A stretch of DNA of 60,000 nt, from positions 13,456,001 through 13,516,000 of the forward strand of contig NC_087245.1 of the NCBI RefSeq assembly GCF_037042905.1. The letters run 5' to 3'. The notes beneath the pieces are model-generated. The model worked only from the letters and a program-made list of their open reading frames with translations, had not been told where the DNA came from and ran no database searches. Below are positions 1 through 13,200 of the stretch, in pieces (position 1 is the first letter of the stretch; the number at the start of each line of letters is the position of its first letter). The stretch comes from Lytechinus pictus. Taxonomy: Eukaryota. Both the position numbers and the translations under genes were made by a program.

Positions 1-551
1 ATGCAAATGAGAAGACTGATGACATCATCCAATCACTATTTCTTTTGTATTTCATTATATGAAATATGAAATATTCTAATGTTCTCCTCATTGTCAAGTG
101 AAACAAAGATTAATTCCTCCCTGAACGCGTGGAATTAGCATTGTTTTGATACTATATGGTTCAGTCAAGTTGGTCAAATCTGTAACAAAAGAAATATTGT
201 ATAATTCAAACAATAAAAAACAAAAGAAATAGTGAGTGATGGACATCATCCACTGTCTCATTTGCATGTCACTGAGATGTGCATATAACTGTTTTGTGAA
301 AAATATGCGATACTTTAAAATGTCATAACTTTCTTATTTTACATCCGATTTTGATGAAATTTTTAGCGTTTTGCTAGTTTGATTTTTCTCTATTCATTCA
401 AATCATCATTTTTCTGAGGAGGACTTGACCTATAAATGTCACAACTTTCTTATTTTACATCCGATTTTGATGAAATTTTGAGTGTAATGCTTGTTGGATT
501 TTTCTCCTTTTATTCAAATCAACTTTTTGTTGGAGTGGACCTATCCTTTAA
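1..551. mobile_element. Kolobok-like MITE (right part, with duplicated right end)
   Basis: Same family as 4280-5281; right TIR variants end at ~431 and ~547 followed by T(T/A)AA; begins before the window. Confidence 0.7.
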
Positions 552-1388
552 CAAATAGAGGCTATTTATGTGTATGATAAACATGAATGACTGAAATGAC
601 ACTAATCTTCATGAACTGAATAAGTTTTAAAATCTAAATTTGAATATTCAGATGAAAAGTGTATTCAGGGATAATTTTTGAATGATGAATCGTTGATGCC
701 TGGACTCTGGTTGAAATTTGCTGATGGCAGAGTAGAAAATATCATAGTCATCTAACCTATCGTCTTGGCATAAATCATTAATGTCAGCTAGATGATGAAT
801 CCGCTTGGTTCAAATATTAGTCTCCTCTTCAGATGAACGAAAAGTCTATTCTTTCACATCATAGGCTTGGAGGTTTAGTGGGATAGCACCTGACTCATGA
901 CAAGGAGGTTATGGGTTCAATACCCCAGTTAATTCATATCAAAGACTTATTAAATGTTAACCCTTCTTTATTCTTGTCAAGAACTTTGCAGAACAGGGAC
1001 TGGAGAAAAGCAAGCGGGGCGCACTGGAAGATCAGCTAGCTGCCTAAATAGCTGAAGTGAGTAGATTTACCCTGATAAAATCATAATCATCATGCTCTAC
1101 AGTATACCATCTCTCTTCAAATTTAAATATTACATCTGGCTTTGGGTCAAAGGTCCCCATCTTTGCACAGCACTGTCCTTTATCAAGACATTTAATAGAG
1201 AGTTTTAGAATGAGCGAACGAGAAGGTCTTATTAGTCGACTGATCATGTGTGTCAACGTACATGTAGTCGTCTGTCTCTGTTCACTACAGATACATTCTA
1301 GAATTCACTCGACTTGTACGTGTACGTACGTCCACAAGAAAGAGCGTGATAACTAACAGGTCTTGACACGCTGACAAGCCCGGAAGAT

Positions 1389-1552
1389 CAGGGGAGCGTT
1401 TCATGAAAGGACTTGTCGGACGTTTTATCTGACAAGTCCTGTTTTATCCGACAGTTACTATAGTAACAGTGCTTCTCAACCAATCAGAATCCAGGAAAGT
1501 TGTCAGATCTGACAACTTGTCGGACGAAAATATTGATGAAACGCCCCCCCTG
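1389..1552. mobile_element. Harbinger/Tourist-like MITE
   Basis: GGGAGCGTTTCAT / ATGAAACGCCCCC TIR with CAG/CTG flanks. Confidence 0.7.
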
Positions 1553-3810
1553 GCGTACCATTGCGTCACGACCCTGTCTGGTGATGCGAAGGTGCAATCT
1601 GTACTCACTTGCTTTTATTCCTTTTTACATGAGTAGGAGATCTAGCGATATATATTTTGGAGTTCAGTAAACAATTTTACATACGATAAACAAATTAATT
1701 TTGTGAAAAGTCACTAAAAACTGTGTTTTATAAGGGGAAAGGATCCATTGCAATTGATCTTCTTGCTGAGCTTGAACGGTTGAAATGACGTCACTCACAT
1801 GCACATCGACTATGATTTAGGAGAAAGGCAGAATGGAGGTGGCGAGGTTTTTAATTTTGATAGTCGGCGAGGGTGAGGACCTGATGCATATGACAGGCAA
1901 AAAAAATGATGTCATCTTGTACCAGTCGTCTATGTGGACATATGATTCTAAAAGTCTCTATTAACTCTGCATTTGGAACTCTTCACCCAGGTGCAAATAC
2001 ATACTGGTAGAAACAATACATGTATGTCAGCTCAATTGACCACCTTTGAGTGACAACAATATCTTGATAGGAAGATGCGTTCCCCATACTACTTCAAATT
2101 CAGGTCAACACTTGTCGATTTGATCTTCATTTAGAAGCAATCCTAAAGTGATTTCTAATTCTTTTACCATTCTGAATAGATATGGTATTATAAGCCATGG
2201 GCCTGGATGCAACATTTGTGTCCAATAAAATTAACAATTTCCCACTACAGGTAAATTCCTCATACATGTACATGTACCCTACATTTTTCCTGAGAAACAA
2301 AGACATATTAAATTCCTATTCTTCATAAAGGCCATACTCATATGACCATATTTTTCTCATCAACCAAAATTACAACATTTTCAACTTCTAATAAAAAAAA
2401 ATGTATCAAGACTAATTCTATGAAGTGCATATAAGCCTATGGTTGTTGGAAGAATGTGAATTACAAGGCTACATCCTGAGTTCAGTTCCCCTTACATAAG
2501 TTACAGAAACTCTCTCATGGTTTCATTTTTATTGCTCTCTGTCTGAACCCATGTTGGGCCCTGTTTCATAAAACTTACTTTCAATAACAAACACTAATAC
2601 TATGATAAAAAATGTTCCCAGTCAATCAAATGGCATGATTTCAGTGGCTTACACCAGTAGCATTGGTAGATAATTAGATACAAACTTTTGTGGCACAGCA
2701 CCCCAAAGGGCACTTTACTCATAGGCCTACTTAAAAAGTGATTTAACGCACTTCAAAGCCTAACAGTATTAACACATGATTAGACCTAAATAATACCCCT
2801 TGATCCTACATAATCTGATCAAAAGCGATCCCCTACAATAAAACTACTGAAGCAAACTGATCTTAAGCCTATATTTCTTTACCAATGAATTAAATTATAT
2901 TCAAAATGGTGTGAATACACCCAGCCATTTTAACTAGCCCCAATCTAATTACAAATGTACCTCTAAATGTGGGAAAAAGCTGCCAAATTAATGAGACGGT
3001 GAATATTTCAAACTCTCTGTTTGGAAAAAAAAAACAATTTTGAACTTTCTATCGCAAGTTTAAGAGATTTAACAAGCAATGGCAAATTCCTTGTGAACAG
3101 GAACACAATGGTCAATGTCAAGAATCGCCATCAAATTCATGAGTTCATTTTAGAGCAGCAGAGGTGCAGTGATTGCATTAATTTCAAGGGAATGGGGGAC
3201 CAGTGGAGCCTCTTTCCTTCTCCCCCTCTTTACAGCCACCCAGGACAACTCCAGAGGGAACAGGCCTAACTCAGTCTGGTAATCTAGACCACATTGCTTC
3301 CGAGACCAGAGGGGATAATGTAGACAGGAGACCATATCCATACATTTTTAACACAGTTATCAATCTTATGGGTGCCACAAATGTAACTCGATAGCCTCTC
3401 CGTGATTTTATTGTTCCGTTTTTTGCCACTTTTTGAACTTCTCACCAGGATTTCCTTCAAGGGTTATAATTTAAGATGCCTGCCATCAATGCAATCAGAT
3501 CGAAAATATAACTGCTTTCTCATTAAACAAGTATCCATCTTACAAGTTATGTGAGCCAAGGTGTCACAGATTCAAACCAAGAAACTATGATTCATGACCC
3601 ATGAAAGTGTGTAATACGATGTTATCATGTATAAAATGTTTAAACTCATGATTCTGCATCAAAATCTGATATCATTTTTAACTTGGTTATGTGAGCTGTG
3701 TCTTTTGACTTCATACTATCCTTAACCACGCACGCGCAGGGAAGCAGTGCAATTATCAACAGCTTTCTATTGTAGGGTAATCTTCAAATTGCTTTAAAGC
3801 AAACAATAGT

Positions 3811-3986
3811 TAATACCTTGGTCACATTTGCTCTACGGCAGCCGTACGGCGAGTCGAAAACAGCCGTTTTATTAATTTTGATTCAAACCACCTACAACTG
3901 TATACGTAGTTGGTACAAAAAATATTCAAACGGCTGTTTTCGACTCGCCGTACGGCCGCCGTAGAGCAAATGTGACCAAGGTATTA
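3811..3986. mobile_element. Palindromic MITE (near-perfect ~58-bp arms)
   Basis: TAATACCTTGGTCACATTTGCTCTACGGC... is mirrored by ...GCCGTAGAGCAAATGTGACCAAGGTATTA. A degenerate second copy lies at ~50001-50130 in lysozyme B intron 2. Confidence 0.85.
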
Positions 3987-4279
3987 CCTGGACCTGCTGA
4001 TAAAGTTTTGCAGTATTAAAACTGTCATAACTTTTGTAAATGAATGAGAAACTGAGTGATATTTTTGCTCTTGAAAAGAAAATACTGTAGATTCTTTGAC
4101 TGTCCATGTCATTCATTTTACTGACCTTCCAAAACGAATGAAAATAAAAAAGCTCCAAGTCACTCATATAGAGGACTAAATTAAACACACACAATAATAA
4201 CAGCAGTTAGAAAGGCACATGCATTATGTCCCTGCAGTCCATTCTTGACTATAGAAAATACAGGCCTATGCCAACTTAA

Positions 4280-5281
4280 AGGACAAGTCCACCCAAACAA
4301 AAAGTTCCTTTAAATTTTTTAAAAAATCCAACGAGCATAACAGTGAATATTTCATCAAAATCGGATGTAATATAAGAAAGTATTTAATGTTTCGCTTAAT
4401 TTCACAAACTAGTTACATGTATATGCACTTCTCCTCATTGTCCTGTAAAACAAAGTTTTATTTCTCCCTAAACATGTTGAATTACCATTGTTTAACATTT
4501 TATGGTTCAGTCAAGTTGGTCCGTATTGTCAACTTTGTAAAATTGAAATATTGTATAATTCAAACAATAAAAGCCAAAAGAAATAGTGAGGGAGGGACAT
4601 CATCAACTCTCTCATTTGCATGTGACTAAATTGTGCATGTAAATAAGCGAAATCTTAAATATGCTTTTCACATTGCATTTCCTTAACCCCATACTATCCT
4701 TAACCCGGACTATCCTTAACCCCATACTATCTTTTTTTGGTTCACACTGTCTTTCTTAACCCCATACTATCTGCTTAACCGGGGTTAACGCCTTAACCCC
4801 GGACTATCCCACAGCTCATGAATATTGATGATTTTACCATCCAGAGCGTGATTAACGTGCAATTTCGACTTCTGTGATAGGCTATTGCTTAGCCCCACTT
4901 TTCCTTAGCCCAGTTTCGTTTCACACTGCACCTCTTAGCACCGCAATTGTGGTGCTAGCACCACAATAAGCCGGCTAACCCTGCTTTTTTGCAGGGCCAG
5001 ATAGTACTGTACTATTTACCGTGCTAGCCCACTTTGCTAAACCGTAGTGTGAAAACGAAGTGGGCTAAGCTTAACCCTGGGAAATTGGTGGGGCTAAGGC
5101 CCCCCCCCCCCCTTAGCCCCACCAATTTCCCGGGGTTAAGGCAAAAAAGTGCAGTGTGAAAAGCATAAAAATGTCATAACTTTCTTATTTTACATCCAAT
5201 TTTGATGAAATTTTCAGCATTATGCTTGTCTGATTCTTCTCTATTGATTCAAATCACATTTATCTGGGGTGGACTTGGCCT
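4280..5281. mobile_element. Kolobok-like MITE with TTAA TSD
   Basis: TTAA|AGGACAAGTCCACCC ... GGGTGGACTTGGCCT|TTAA. Confidence 0.8.
4660..5167. mobile_element. Harbinger-like MITE nested in the Kolobok-like MITE
   Basis: TIR TATGCTTTTCACA / TGTGAAAAGCATA; 3-bp TSD AAA whose removal restores the host consensus ttaaaatgtcataac; internal cttaaccc subrepeats. Confidence 0.8.
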
Positions 5282-5467
5282 TTAAACATATATATATATA
5301 TATAAAGGGTAGGGCCAACCTGTGATGCCATGTACATGAGAGTAAACAGTCTTAAACACAATCCCTGAGGTGATGGAAGTGGCAAGTCTTCCTGAAAGAT
5401 ATCCTTGGTACTAGACTAGCTGAATCAGAAACATAGGCCTACTATATTTCACCCAGAGACACTCATT

Positions 5468-6295
5468 AGGTGGTTTCAAACCGCCTCGATCACAAGAATC
5501 CCCGTTAAATTACGAGAACATTTACATGCTCAAAAATACCAGATAATTATTCCTGCATTCGTATCGCCCCGAAACACACTCTTTGGGGAAATTTCTCGAA
5601 GTTATGAGCATACGCAGTACTCTCTGGTAGCAGACGAAGCGCGCGCTTTTAGCGGTACGATCGGGGGACGGCCGGGGCGGGAAATCCGCCTGCGGCCGGC
5701 GTAGCTCTAGCACGTACTAACTATACTCGATCGTATGCGCAAATCATTTGTTCCCTTGATCATCTGCAATTGCACTAGATTTCTCTCCACATTGAAATCA
5801 AGGCCTTGGTGGCTTCCTCACTCCAGTGCGATGTCATCTGGTATGAAAATGTAGAATACCGGTAGATATCACCCTTAATTCGTAAAACTATTTTATTAAG
5901 AAGAAGAATCAACCGCCTAGTCAAAGTCGAACCCCGCTGCATATGCACTGGCGCTGGCTTGCTGGTAGGCCTCGCATCAGCTAGCCTCGCATATCCATGC
6001 ATATCGAACAGCGCGGGCTATGAACCGGAAATTCACTTATCGCGGTGATCGATGGGATACAAGTTCCCGTAGTTTGCTTTCAGATTGCCAAAATACCCAC
6101 GACCTTGGAAAAATCCCCGCGAAAGTTCTCGTAATTTCGCCAAGTACCTACTATTTAGCGGGTATTTTCTTTCGGGGATATTACGCGTAGTTTGCTTTCA
6201 CATTACCAAAATACCTGGTATTTTCTGATCGGGGTAAATTTCCCGATCAGAGAATACCTGGAACTGACGAACTTCGAGGCAGTCTGAAACCACCT
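5468..6295. mobile_element. Harbinger/PIF deletion derivative with Myb/SANT-like remnant
   Basis: TIR AGGTGGTTTCA(A/G)AC(C/T)GCCTCGA; 3-bp TSD ATT; the minus strand encodes MTSHWSEEATKALISMWRE. Confidence 0.8.
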
Positions 6296-6589
6296 ATTGA
6301 GGTTTGACTTCAAATATCTCACCTTAAATTAACCTGCCCAACTCCCACTGCAGAGAAAGACAATCAAAATTTCGAATGACAGAGCTCAGTTGAATAAATG
6401 CTGCACATGCCTGTTCAAAAAGCAACAGAAAAGTTGGGATAACATTGCTCCCATTATCTTCATGATTTCTTCCCCTAGAATTGTTATCATCACCTCCAAG
6501 CATTAGGCCTGTATGTGGACAGTGTTCTTTTCTATCATTTTCACACCTGCTATCATTGTAACAAATGATGTATGTAACTTGTACATTAA

Positions 6590-6984
6590 AGGTAAATGCT
6601 AGTTTTGGTAACGATATCAAAATGAGTTCGTACAGAATCCAATGAAATGACCACCAAAGTGTCTGTTTGTATAAATAAAACGCATGTGCCAAAGGATTCT
6701 GGAAGAAATTGTGTAATTGCTGAGAAATCAGCAAATAAGCACAGGATTCGGGTAGAGCGTCGGGCCCGACGCTCAAAGCAATAATTATACACTGTCCCAC
6801 GTGCGCTTATCTGTGTTGGGGAAGTTCAGTCTGAACATTTTTCAGCGTAGATTTCAAGATTTCACAAAGTTCAGTTTATGTAACTGTTCCAGATCTAGAT
6901 CCTCGATGATATACTGACAATTAAGCCTGGTTTTACAGACTTTCTCATGAAATCAGTGTTTACTGCAACTACTGGAATTTCTCT
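6590..6984. mobile_element. Kolobok-like MITE
   Basis: TTAA flanks with imperfect AG...CT TIR (aggtaaatgctagt / actggaatttctct). Confidence 0.65.
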
Positions 6985-8639
6985 TTAAGTGTTCATTACC
7001 TGTATTGGGTTGGTTGAGAGGGAGAGAGAGGAGGGGATGGCATCCTTTATAAAGCACTCTGACATACAGAAATATTTTGAAATAAAATATAGTCCATGTC
7101 CCTGCCTATCAAAATCAATTCGATATCAGTAAAAAAAAAAGAGAGTGAGGGAATGAAATGAATGCATGAGAAGTACATGTTATAACGTAGTAATAATTCT
7201 CTAAATTAGATGATGGTGTTATTAGTTTTCCAGAGTTGAAAGTGATTAGATCAATCATAACTGATCGTATGGATTTGGTTCTTGTTTAACATATGAATGA
7301 ATAAAAAGTTATTAAATCAAAAAGCATTTAAATGAATAAACTGCCATAGGTGCACTACACGTTAAATGAAAAGCAGCCATGATCATGTTAAAAAGCATTC
7401 ATTGTTCATATTCCAGAATCAAGAAAATCGCTGTTAAAGATGAATGATGATAGTCTTCTCCCACAAGGCAGATAAACAATTGAGGGTGATGGATCTAAGC
7501 ATTGTTAAAAATAAAAAGAGAATTAATCCCTGCCAGATGTCAAAGATTAATAAAATATGAACCCAAGAAGCTCATAAGACTGACAGACTCATCTGGCACA
7601 CTGATTTTAACCCATACAGCCATTTGATGATCAATGCATTTAGCCTGAAGGGAATAGAGTAGTCAATACTCAGAGCCAAATTATACAGGTACATATTATA
7701 ATAAGAAATGATAGCCAATCAGAGTGGAAACCAGAACCAAAGCTTATTTTTTCAAAGTTGTATCCAATCATGATTGATTTTTTTAAAATACATTTTATAA
7801 TTTCTATATATTTATCATTATTTTTATTATCTATTTGGGGGTGTTTTTATTAAAAAACTGAATAACAAAAACACATTTACAACGTCAAAGTAATAGGCTT
7901 TACATAACAAACCACACAATAACCCCATTCTTAGAAAGAAGCCTCAATCTAATTATATGAATATATGAATGGAGGAAGACTTTTATCTAAAAAAAGGATT
8001 GATGTTATTTTATCATCTACCAGTGGCATCCCCTCCATAGCAACAAATTCCCTATAGCTCTATCATTTTACATGTAATCTAAACAGTTCATTCTGATTTC
8101 TGCAAAACAATCAAAACAATTGTGGTTTAAGCATTAAACTTTTTATTTCCAGCACTAGCAGCCAGGTATGGCTCTTTTATCGAAATAGCAACCGCAGCGT
8201 TAGAATTGTCCTTCTAATATACCAACTTGTTTTGGTACATCAATATCTGATATTTTCACGGGCCACAAATCTGTGGTTTGTGGGTATATGTCCTGTAGAG
8301 TTCAGAATGATAAAATAACTAAAAGACACAGCTCTAGATAACAAAAGAGAATAATAAAAAGAGGTAGACAGTCCAATATACATGTATATTTATTTTAATA
8401 GTATGCAATGATCACTTTACCGACCCATCTGCATCATTGAATCATTCTTAAATACATAGTTCTTTTACATTCATTCATTCATTTATTCTTGCTGGACTAA
8501 AATTAATCATGGCCTTGGATGCCCTATTGACTGGTCTCAATGCCCCTCTCATTCGCCTTGGATATTTTTCGTGCCCTTTTCATTTTTGCCTAATGAAACA
8601 GTGGCCTTGGTCACCTTATTAAAATGTTCATTGGATTTC

Positions 8640-8820
8640 ATACATGTACATTCATTCATTCACCCATTCATTCTTCACTCATTCCTTCATTCATTCATTT
8701 TGTATACATTCATTTTTTCTTTCATTCTTAGTTTCATTCACTCACCCATCCACCCATTCACCAACCCATTCATTAGTTGTAGGGTTGTTTTGGGTTGTTT
8801 TGTGTGTGTGTGTGTGTGCA
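8640..8820. repeat. Degenerate (CATT)n and (GT)n simple repeats
   Basis: Direct inspection. Confidence 0.8.
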
Positions 8821-9029
8821 TAATTTAATTCCATGCATCCAGTCATTTAGCAAGACTAAATATTTACAAACATCAAACAAAGTCCATCATTACGGCAGTT
8901 TAAGATGAAATACAAAAGGTATCTGTGCAATTCTAAATAATCATTAATTAAAATCAGTGTGTAACTGGTTTTTATTCCCTTTTTTTCTGTCCCCCCCCCC
9001 CCCCTACTTCCATTAGGTTGATTTTAAAG

Positions 9030-9350
9030 AATTCACTGGAGAGAGCTACTCCGGGAGCTTAGTTGGTCACGGTCAGAGTGCCTAATGCCTCTGACCGTAC
9101 GTGCTCCCGGGGTGGGCCTCTCCTTCCTTCTCGTATTCTCCATTTCTGCCGGGGCTAGGCTCGATAAGCTCTGCTTTTTCTAGCCCCGGTCACATTATTT
9201 ACCATCGTATTTTAATTTTGTTGTATGTTTTTTTTTTTCTCTCTCTCTTTTATATATATATATATACATGGAGTAATTTCCTTTTCTTTCTTATGTAATT
9301 GTGTGTATTGGTTTTTAATGTGAAATACATGTAAATGAAATGAAATGAAA
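9030..9350 (+). mobile_element. CR1/L2-type LINE 3' tail
   Basis: Stem-loop ccggggctag...aagctctgcttttt...ctagccccgg followed by an (ATGAA)n tail; related tails at 15745-15990(-), 49465-49985(-) and 51605-52030(+). Confidence 0.6.
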
Positions 9351-9478
9351 ATTTACAGAAGCAGCAAATACATGTAGTTGGGAATTGTCAGTAAACAATG
9401 TTCAAACAATTGGTGTGGTTTGAGTGCATGTTAGAGGTAATTGTTAATAGAGATTAGCCTCTAGTTGAGGATGCTTCT

Positions 9479-10249
9479 GGGCAGTTCCAAGGTAACGGAG
9501 TGACATTCCAAAACAAGTTTTTAGCATTCAAACAAAGATATCATCCATATTTAAACAGTTATTTGCAAAGAAATGGTACCTGACAGTAGTTGCTGAAACC
9601 CACTTTTCAAAATAATAACATTTGTTATTTTGATCCACTGAATTAATGAGATATTCATAAACATGGTTACGGAGTGACGTAAAATGGACATGCAGATTTG
9701 AGGAGAAAACATATTGCTCAAACTCTGTGAACTTTAAATGGCTATCACAATGTTGAGTTCGTGATTGGATTCTATGTTGTTCTAGCTTTAATGTACTGCA
9801 TTATATTAAAAAATTGGTGTATTTTTCATTAATTACAACTTAAAACATAAACCCATACCCGGTTACGGAGTGACGATTACAGAGTGACATCTGAAATATT
9901 CACACACAGGCAACGTAAAATGAACTTATATTTTAAAAATTTCTTTTGATATGATGTAAAATGACGACCTTCAGATTATCCAAAAGAAGATTTTACAAAA
10001 CAAGCAATAGTTTTCTGTTAAATTGAAATTAAGTAAAAAACAATATATGTAGTCTAATGTATAGAATTTTTTTGTATGGTTTGGATTCTCCTATAAGGAG
10101 ATGCATAAGAAAAAAAATTTGTTGCTTATTATGTTCCCCTTTTGTATTTATGAAATCCCAAATGAGTTTAAATAGAAAAATTTGATCCAGATTTGAAATA
10201 GAGCCAATATAAATTTTTGGAAAATGTCCACTTTTGCTTGGAATTGCCC
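9479..10249. mobile_element. Non-autonomous TIR element with 4-bp TSD (Sola-like)
   Basis: TTCT|GGGCAGTTCCAAG ... CTTGGAATTGCCC|TTCT; internal repeated TTACGGAGTGAC motif. Confidence 0.7.
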
Positions 10250-11143
10250 TTCTTTTACACAATTTTCTCATTTTGCAACATTGATACTTCTACTAGTTGA
10301 TAATTCTAAAAAGCCTATGTCGTTAAAATATCTTACCGATATCGATAACTAGCAACAAAAGAACAAAATCAATACGTATCTTTTATGCATTATAGCTATA
10401 GCGATGACACAAACTCGCGTTGGTCAAAATTTGTATCTGCCACTGTACCAAGAACGCTTTAAGATCTGAGTTCATCGGATCTAAATGATTACATAACATC
10501 TTTTAACAAACATATTTAGCATACAATACTGTACATCCTCACCTTTTACGTTACTAGCATCATGTTAGGGTTGGATGAAGTTTTATTGATCATTTTGGGA
10601 CTTTTTGGACATCGTTCTGAGCAGTCAATGTCTTTCGCCTATCCGCCATGTTGATATCGTGCTGTACATCTTCACACGCAGAGGGCAGCAACACACGGCC
10701 ATATGCTGCCTTCTACGTTAGTTGGTACTTCGCTAAAATTGAGCTTGCGCTTGTGATGTTTTATTTTCGATTCGATCGAATAGAGTGTCAGTCACAATGT
10801 TTGGATTGTGATGATTATAGCGAAGTGGGGGTGAGATTGTGTTTTGTGGCTAGTAAGTATTTGTATTTTGTTGAGATTTTGGAGTAATTTCTGTTACTGT
10901 TCTGTGCAGTTTGAGGAAAAATATGTATTCCGTGATTTTCCATTTGAAAAGCAATTTTCAAAAGGCCGTTTCGGTGAATTCCATGAAATCGTGGAAAATC
11001 ACTGTGTCCCTACATAATAGCAGGTATTATTGACAACAAGAGACAGGTTATCGATATCGCTATTAAGTCTTATACAAGCGATTATCGACAACACTAGTGA
11101 TAAAGACGTTATCGATAACAGCCCTACTTCATACCTGTTATAT

Positions 11144-12905
11144 ACCGTATTTTCGGAATATAAACCGCGGCCGTGTATTAACCGTACCCCCAAAATCGGG
11201 AGGCTAAAAAAAACAAGTGGAATGCCTCTGGCCGTCTCACCTGCATCACGCGATTCAATATAGCAGCAGTGCTGATTTTGAAAACTACTACATGTATAAC
11301 TCGCACAAGATGTTCAGTGATACTTGGTTACTCTTATTTCCACGTTTTATGAACTAGACCAATACACTTATAGAGATATGATGGCAATTCAACAAATACC
11401 CCCAACGTGGCCAAAGTTCTTTGACCTTACATGACCTTTGACCTTGATCATGTGACCTGAAACTCGCACAGGATGTTCAGTGATACTTGATTACTATTAT
11501 GTCCAAGTTTTATGAACTAGACCAACACACTTTCAAATTTATGGCTGTAATTCAACAAATACCCCAATTTGGCCAAAGTTCATTGACCCTAAATGACCTT
11601 TGACCTTGATCATGTGACCTGAAACTTGCACAGGATGTTCAGTAATACTTGATTACTATTATGTCAAAGTTTCATGAATCAGATCCATAAACTTTCAAAG
11701 TTATGATGGTAATTCAAAAACTTAACCTTAGGTTAAGATTTTGATGTTGATTCCCCCAACATGGTCTAAGTTCATTGACCCTAAATGACCTTTGACCTTG
11801 GTCATGTGACATGAAACTTAGGCAGGATGTTCAGTAATACTTGATCAACCTTATGGCCAAGTTTCATGAACTAGGTCCATATACTTTCTAAGTTATGCTG
11901 TCATTTCAAAAACTTAACCTCAGGTTAAGATTTGGTGTTTAGAAAAGCGGCGCCTATAGTCTCACTCTGCTATGCAGGTGAGACCAAAAAAAATGGCAAA
12001 CCGAATTTGATAGCATTTTGGATTAGCCAATATATCTTAAAACCTTTGAAAGACCAAAAGATATATTACTAATAAATTAAGTTTTGTATTTAAAAAAATG
12101 GTTACTTCATTCTTTAACTTTATTTTTCAAAGAATATAAATTATTTCTTTGTAGAATAAAGAATAAAAAGACCATGAAATGGCAGTATTGTATATCAAAC
12201 TTATAGTCTAAAGAGGGAAAAATTAAAAAAAATGTTGAGAGAAATTGAGGGAAAAAATGAAGAATAGAGGACATTATTTATTGCCTGTTTTCTAACTGAT
12301 TACGATTACATGCCTATTGTAAAGCATTTTCCATGCATTTTTTAGGTGTAAAAAAATAAGTTTTCATTACAAAACGACCAGGGTTTTTTTAAGGAAAAGG
12401 AGACCATAAAATGGCATTTTTGAATATCAAAATTATGGTATAAAAAGGGAAAGTTTTTTTTTATATTGAGAGAAAAAGGAGAGAAATAAAGAATGAAGGA
12501 CATTATTTATTGCCTTTTTTTAATAACCGATTACGATTACATGCCTATTGATGAGCATTTTCCATGCAATTTTAGCTGAAAAAAAAGTTTTCATCACAAA
12601 ACAATCAGGGTTTTTTTTAGGAAAAAATTATTAAATTTATAGTAATTAAATAAATAATATAAAACAACCTTTACGAAGAAGATTTTTCACAGAAAACTTC
12701 GCAAAATATACTCTCTATTTTTAGTAACCAACAAGTAATTATACATCAAATATTCTATATAATTCTTGGTTCATTGCCATCTAATTACCGAAGAAACATA
12801 GTCAGTTGACTGATGAAATTTTGTTGTTTCTTTGGATAAACTGCACCCAATTTTTTAAGATTAAAAAGCGGGGAAAAAGGTACGGTTTATACACAGGAAT
12901 TTCCA
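11144..12905. mobile_element. Old pogo/Tigger-like non-autonomous element hosting nested repeats
   Basis: TA|CCGTATTTTCGGAATATAAACCG is matched imperfectly by CGGTTTATACACAGGAATTTCCAG|TA; contains a ~232-bp direct duplication (12169/12401). Confidence 0.5.
11211..11990 (-). mobile_element. Helentron-associated (HINE/DINE-1-like) element with internal ~160-190-bp tandem repeats
   Basis: Subterminal inverted repeat GTCTCACCTGCAT (11234-11246 / 11972-11984), terminal hairpin, sits in A/T runs without TSD, about 4 units containing TGACCTTTGACC. Confidence 0.6.
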
Positions 12906-12947
12906 GTATGTTTCATTAAGAGATGACAAAAACTAAAATCTCAGTAT

Positions 12948-13200
12948 GAGCAAGCCTTAGTCTAGTGGTTGTTACTCTCGCCTTTCACACAGAGAGTAGT
13001 GGGTTCAAATCCTAACCATGACATGACCTTCAGCAAGAAATTTATCCATACAGTGCTGCACTCAACCCGGGTAAGGTGAATGGGTATGTGGCATGATTCC
13101 TTGAATGCACTGAGCAAGACAAAGCCTTGGTAATAGCAGCGCTTTGTGTCCTAAGGCAAAAAGCGCATATAAATCCAGCTATTATTTTTTACTATTATTA
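12948..13200 (+). mobile_element. tRNA-derived SINE with Deu/Nin-like core
   Basis: A-box tagtctagtgg, B-box ggttcaaatcc, core gctgcactcaacccgggt..gaatgggta, (TTA)-rich tail. Confidence 0.75.

Noticed and set aside
862..930. tRNA-like sequence (also 12948, 59558 and the minus-strand end at ~59965-60000)
   Set aside because: A/B boxes are present but there is no complete cloverleaf; these are SINE heads rather than tRNA genes.
1100..1150. KPDVIFKFEERWYTVE resembles a KRAB-B box
   Set aside because: Too short, lacks the EQGxEPW spacing, and no KRAB-A or zinc-finger exons are visible; probably chance.
3200..3340. Strong plus-strand polypyrimidine acceptor (ctctttacAG) with a short open frame
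   Set aside because: Weak donor, no partner exons and no recognisable peptide.
6324..6800. 158-aa minus-strand ORF
   Set aside because: Spans a MITE boundary, has a non-ATG start and no recognisable domain.
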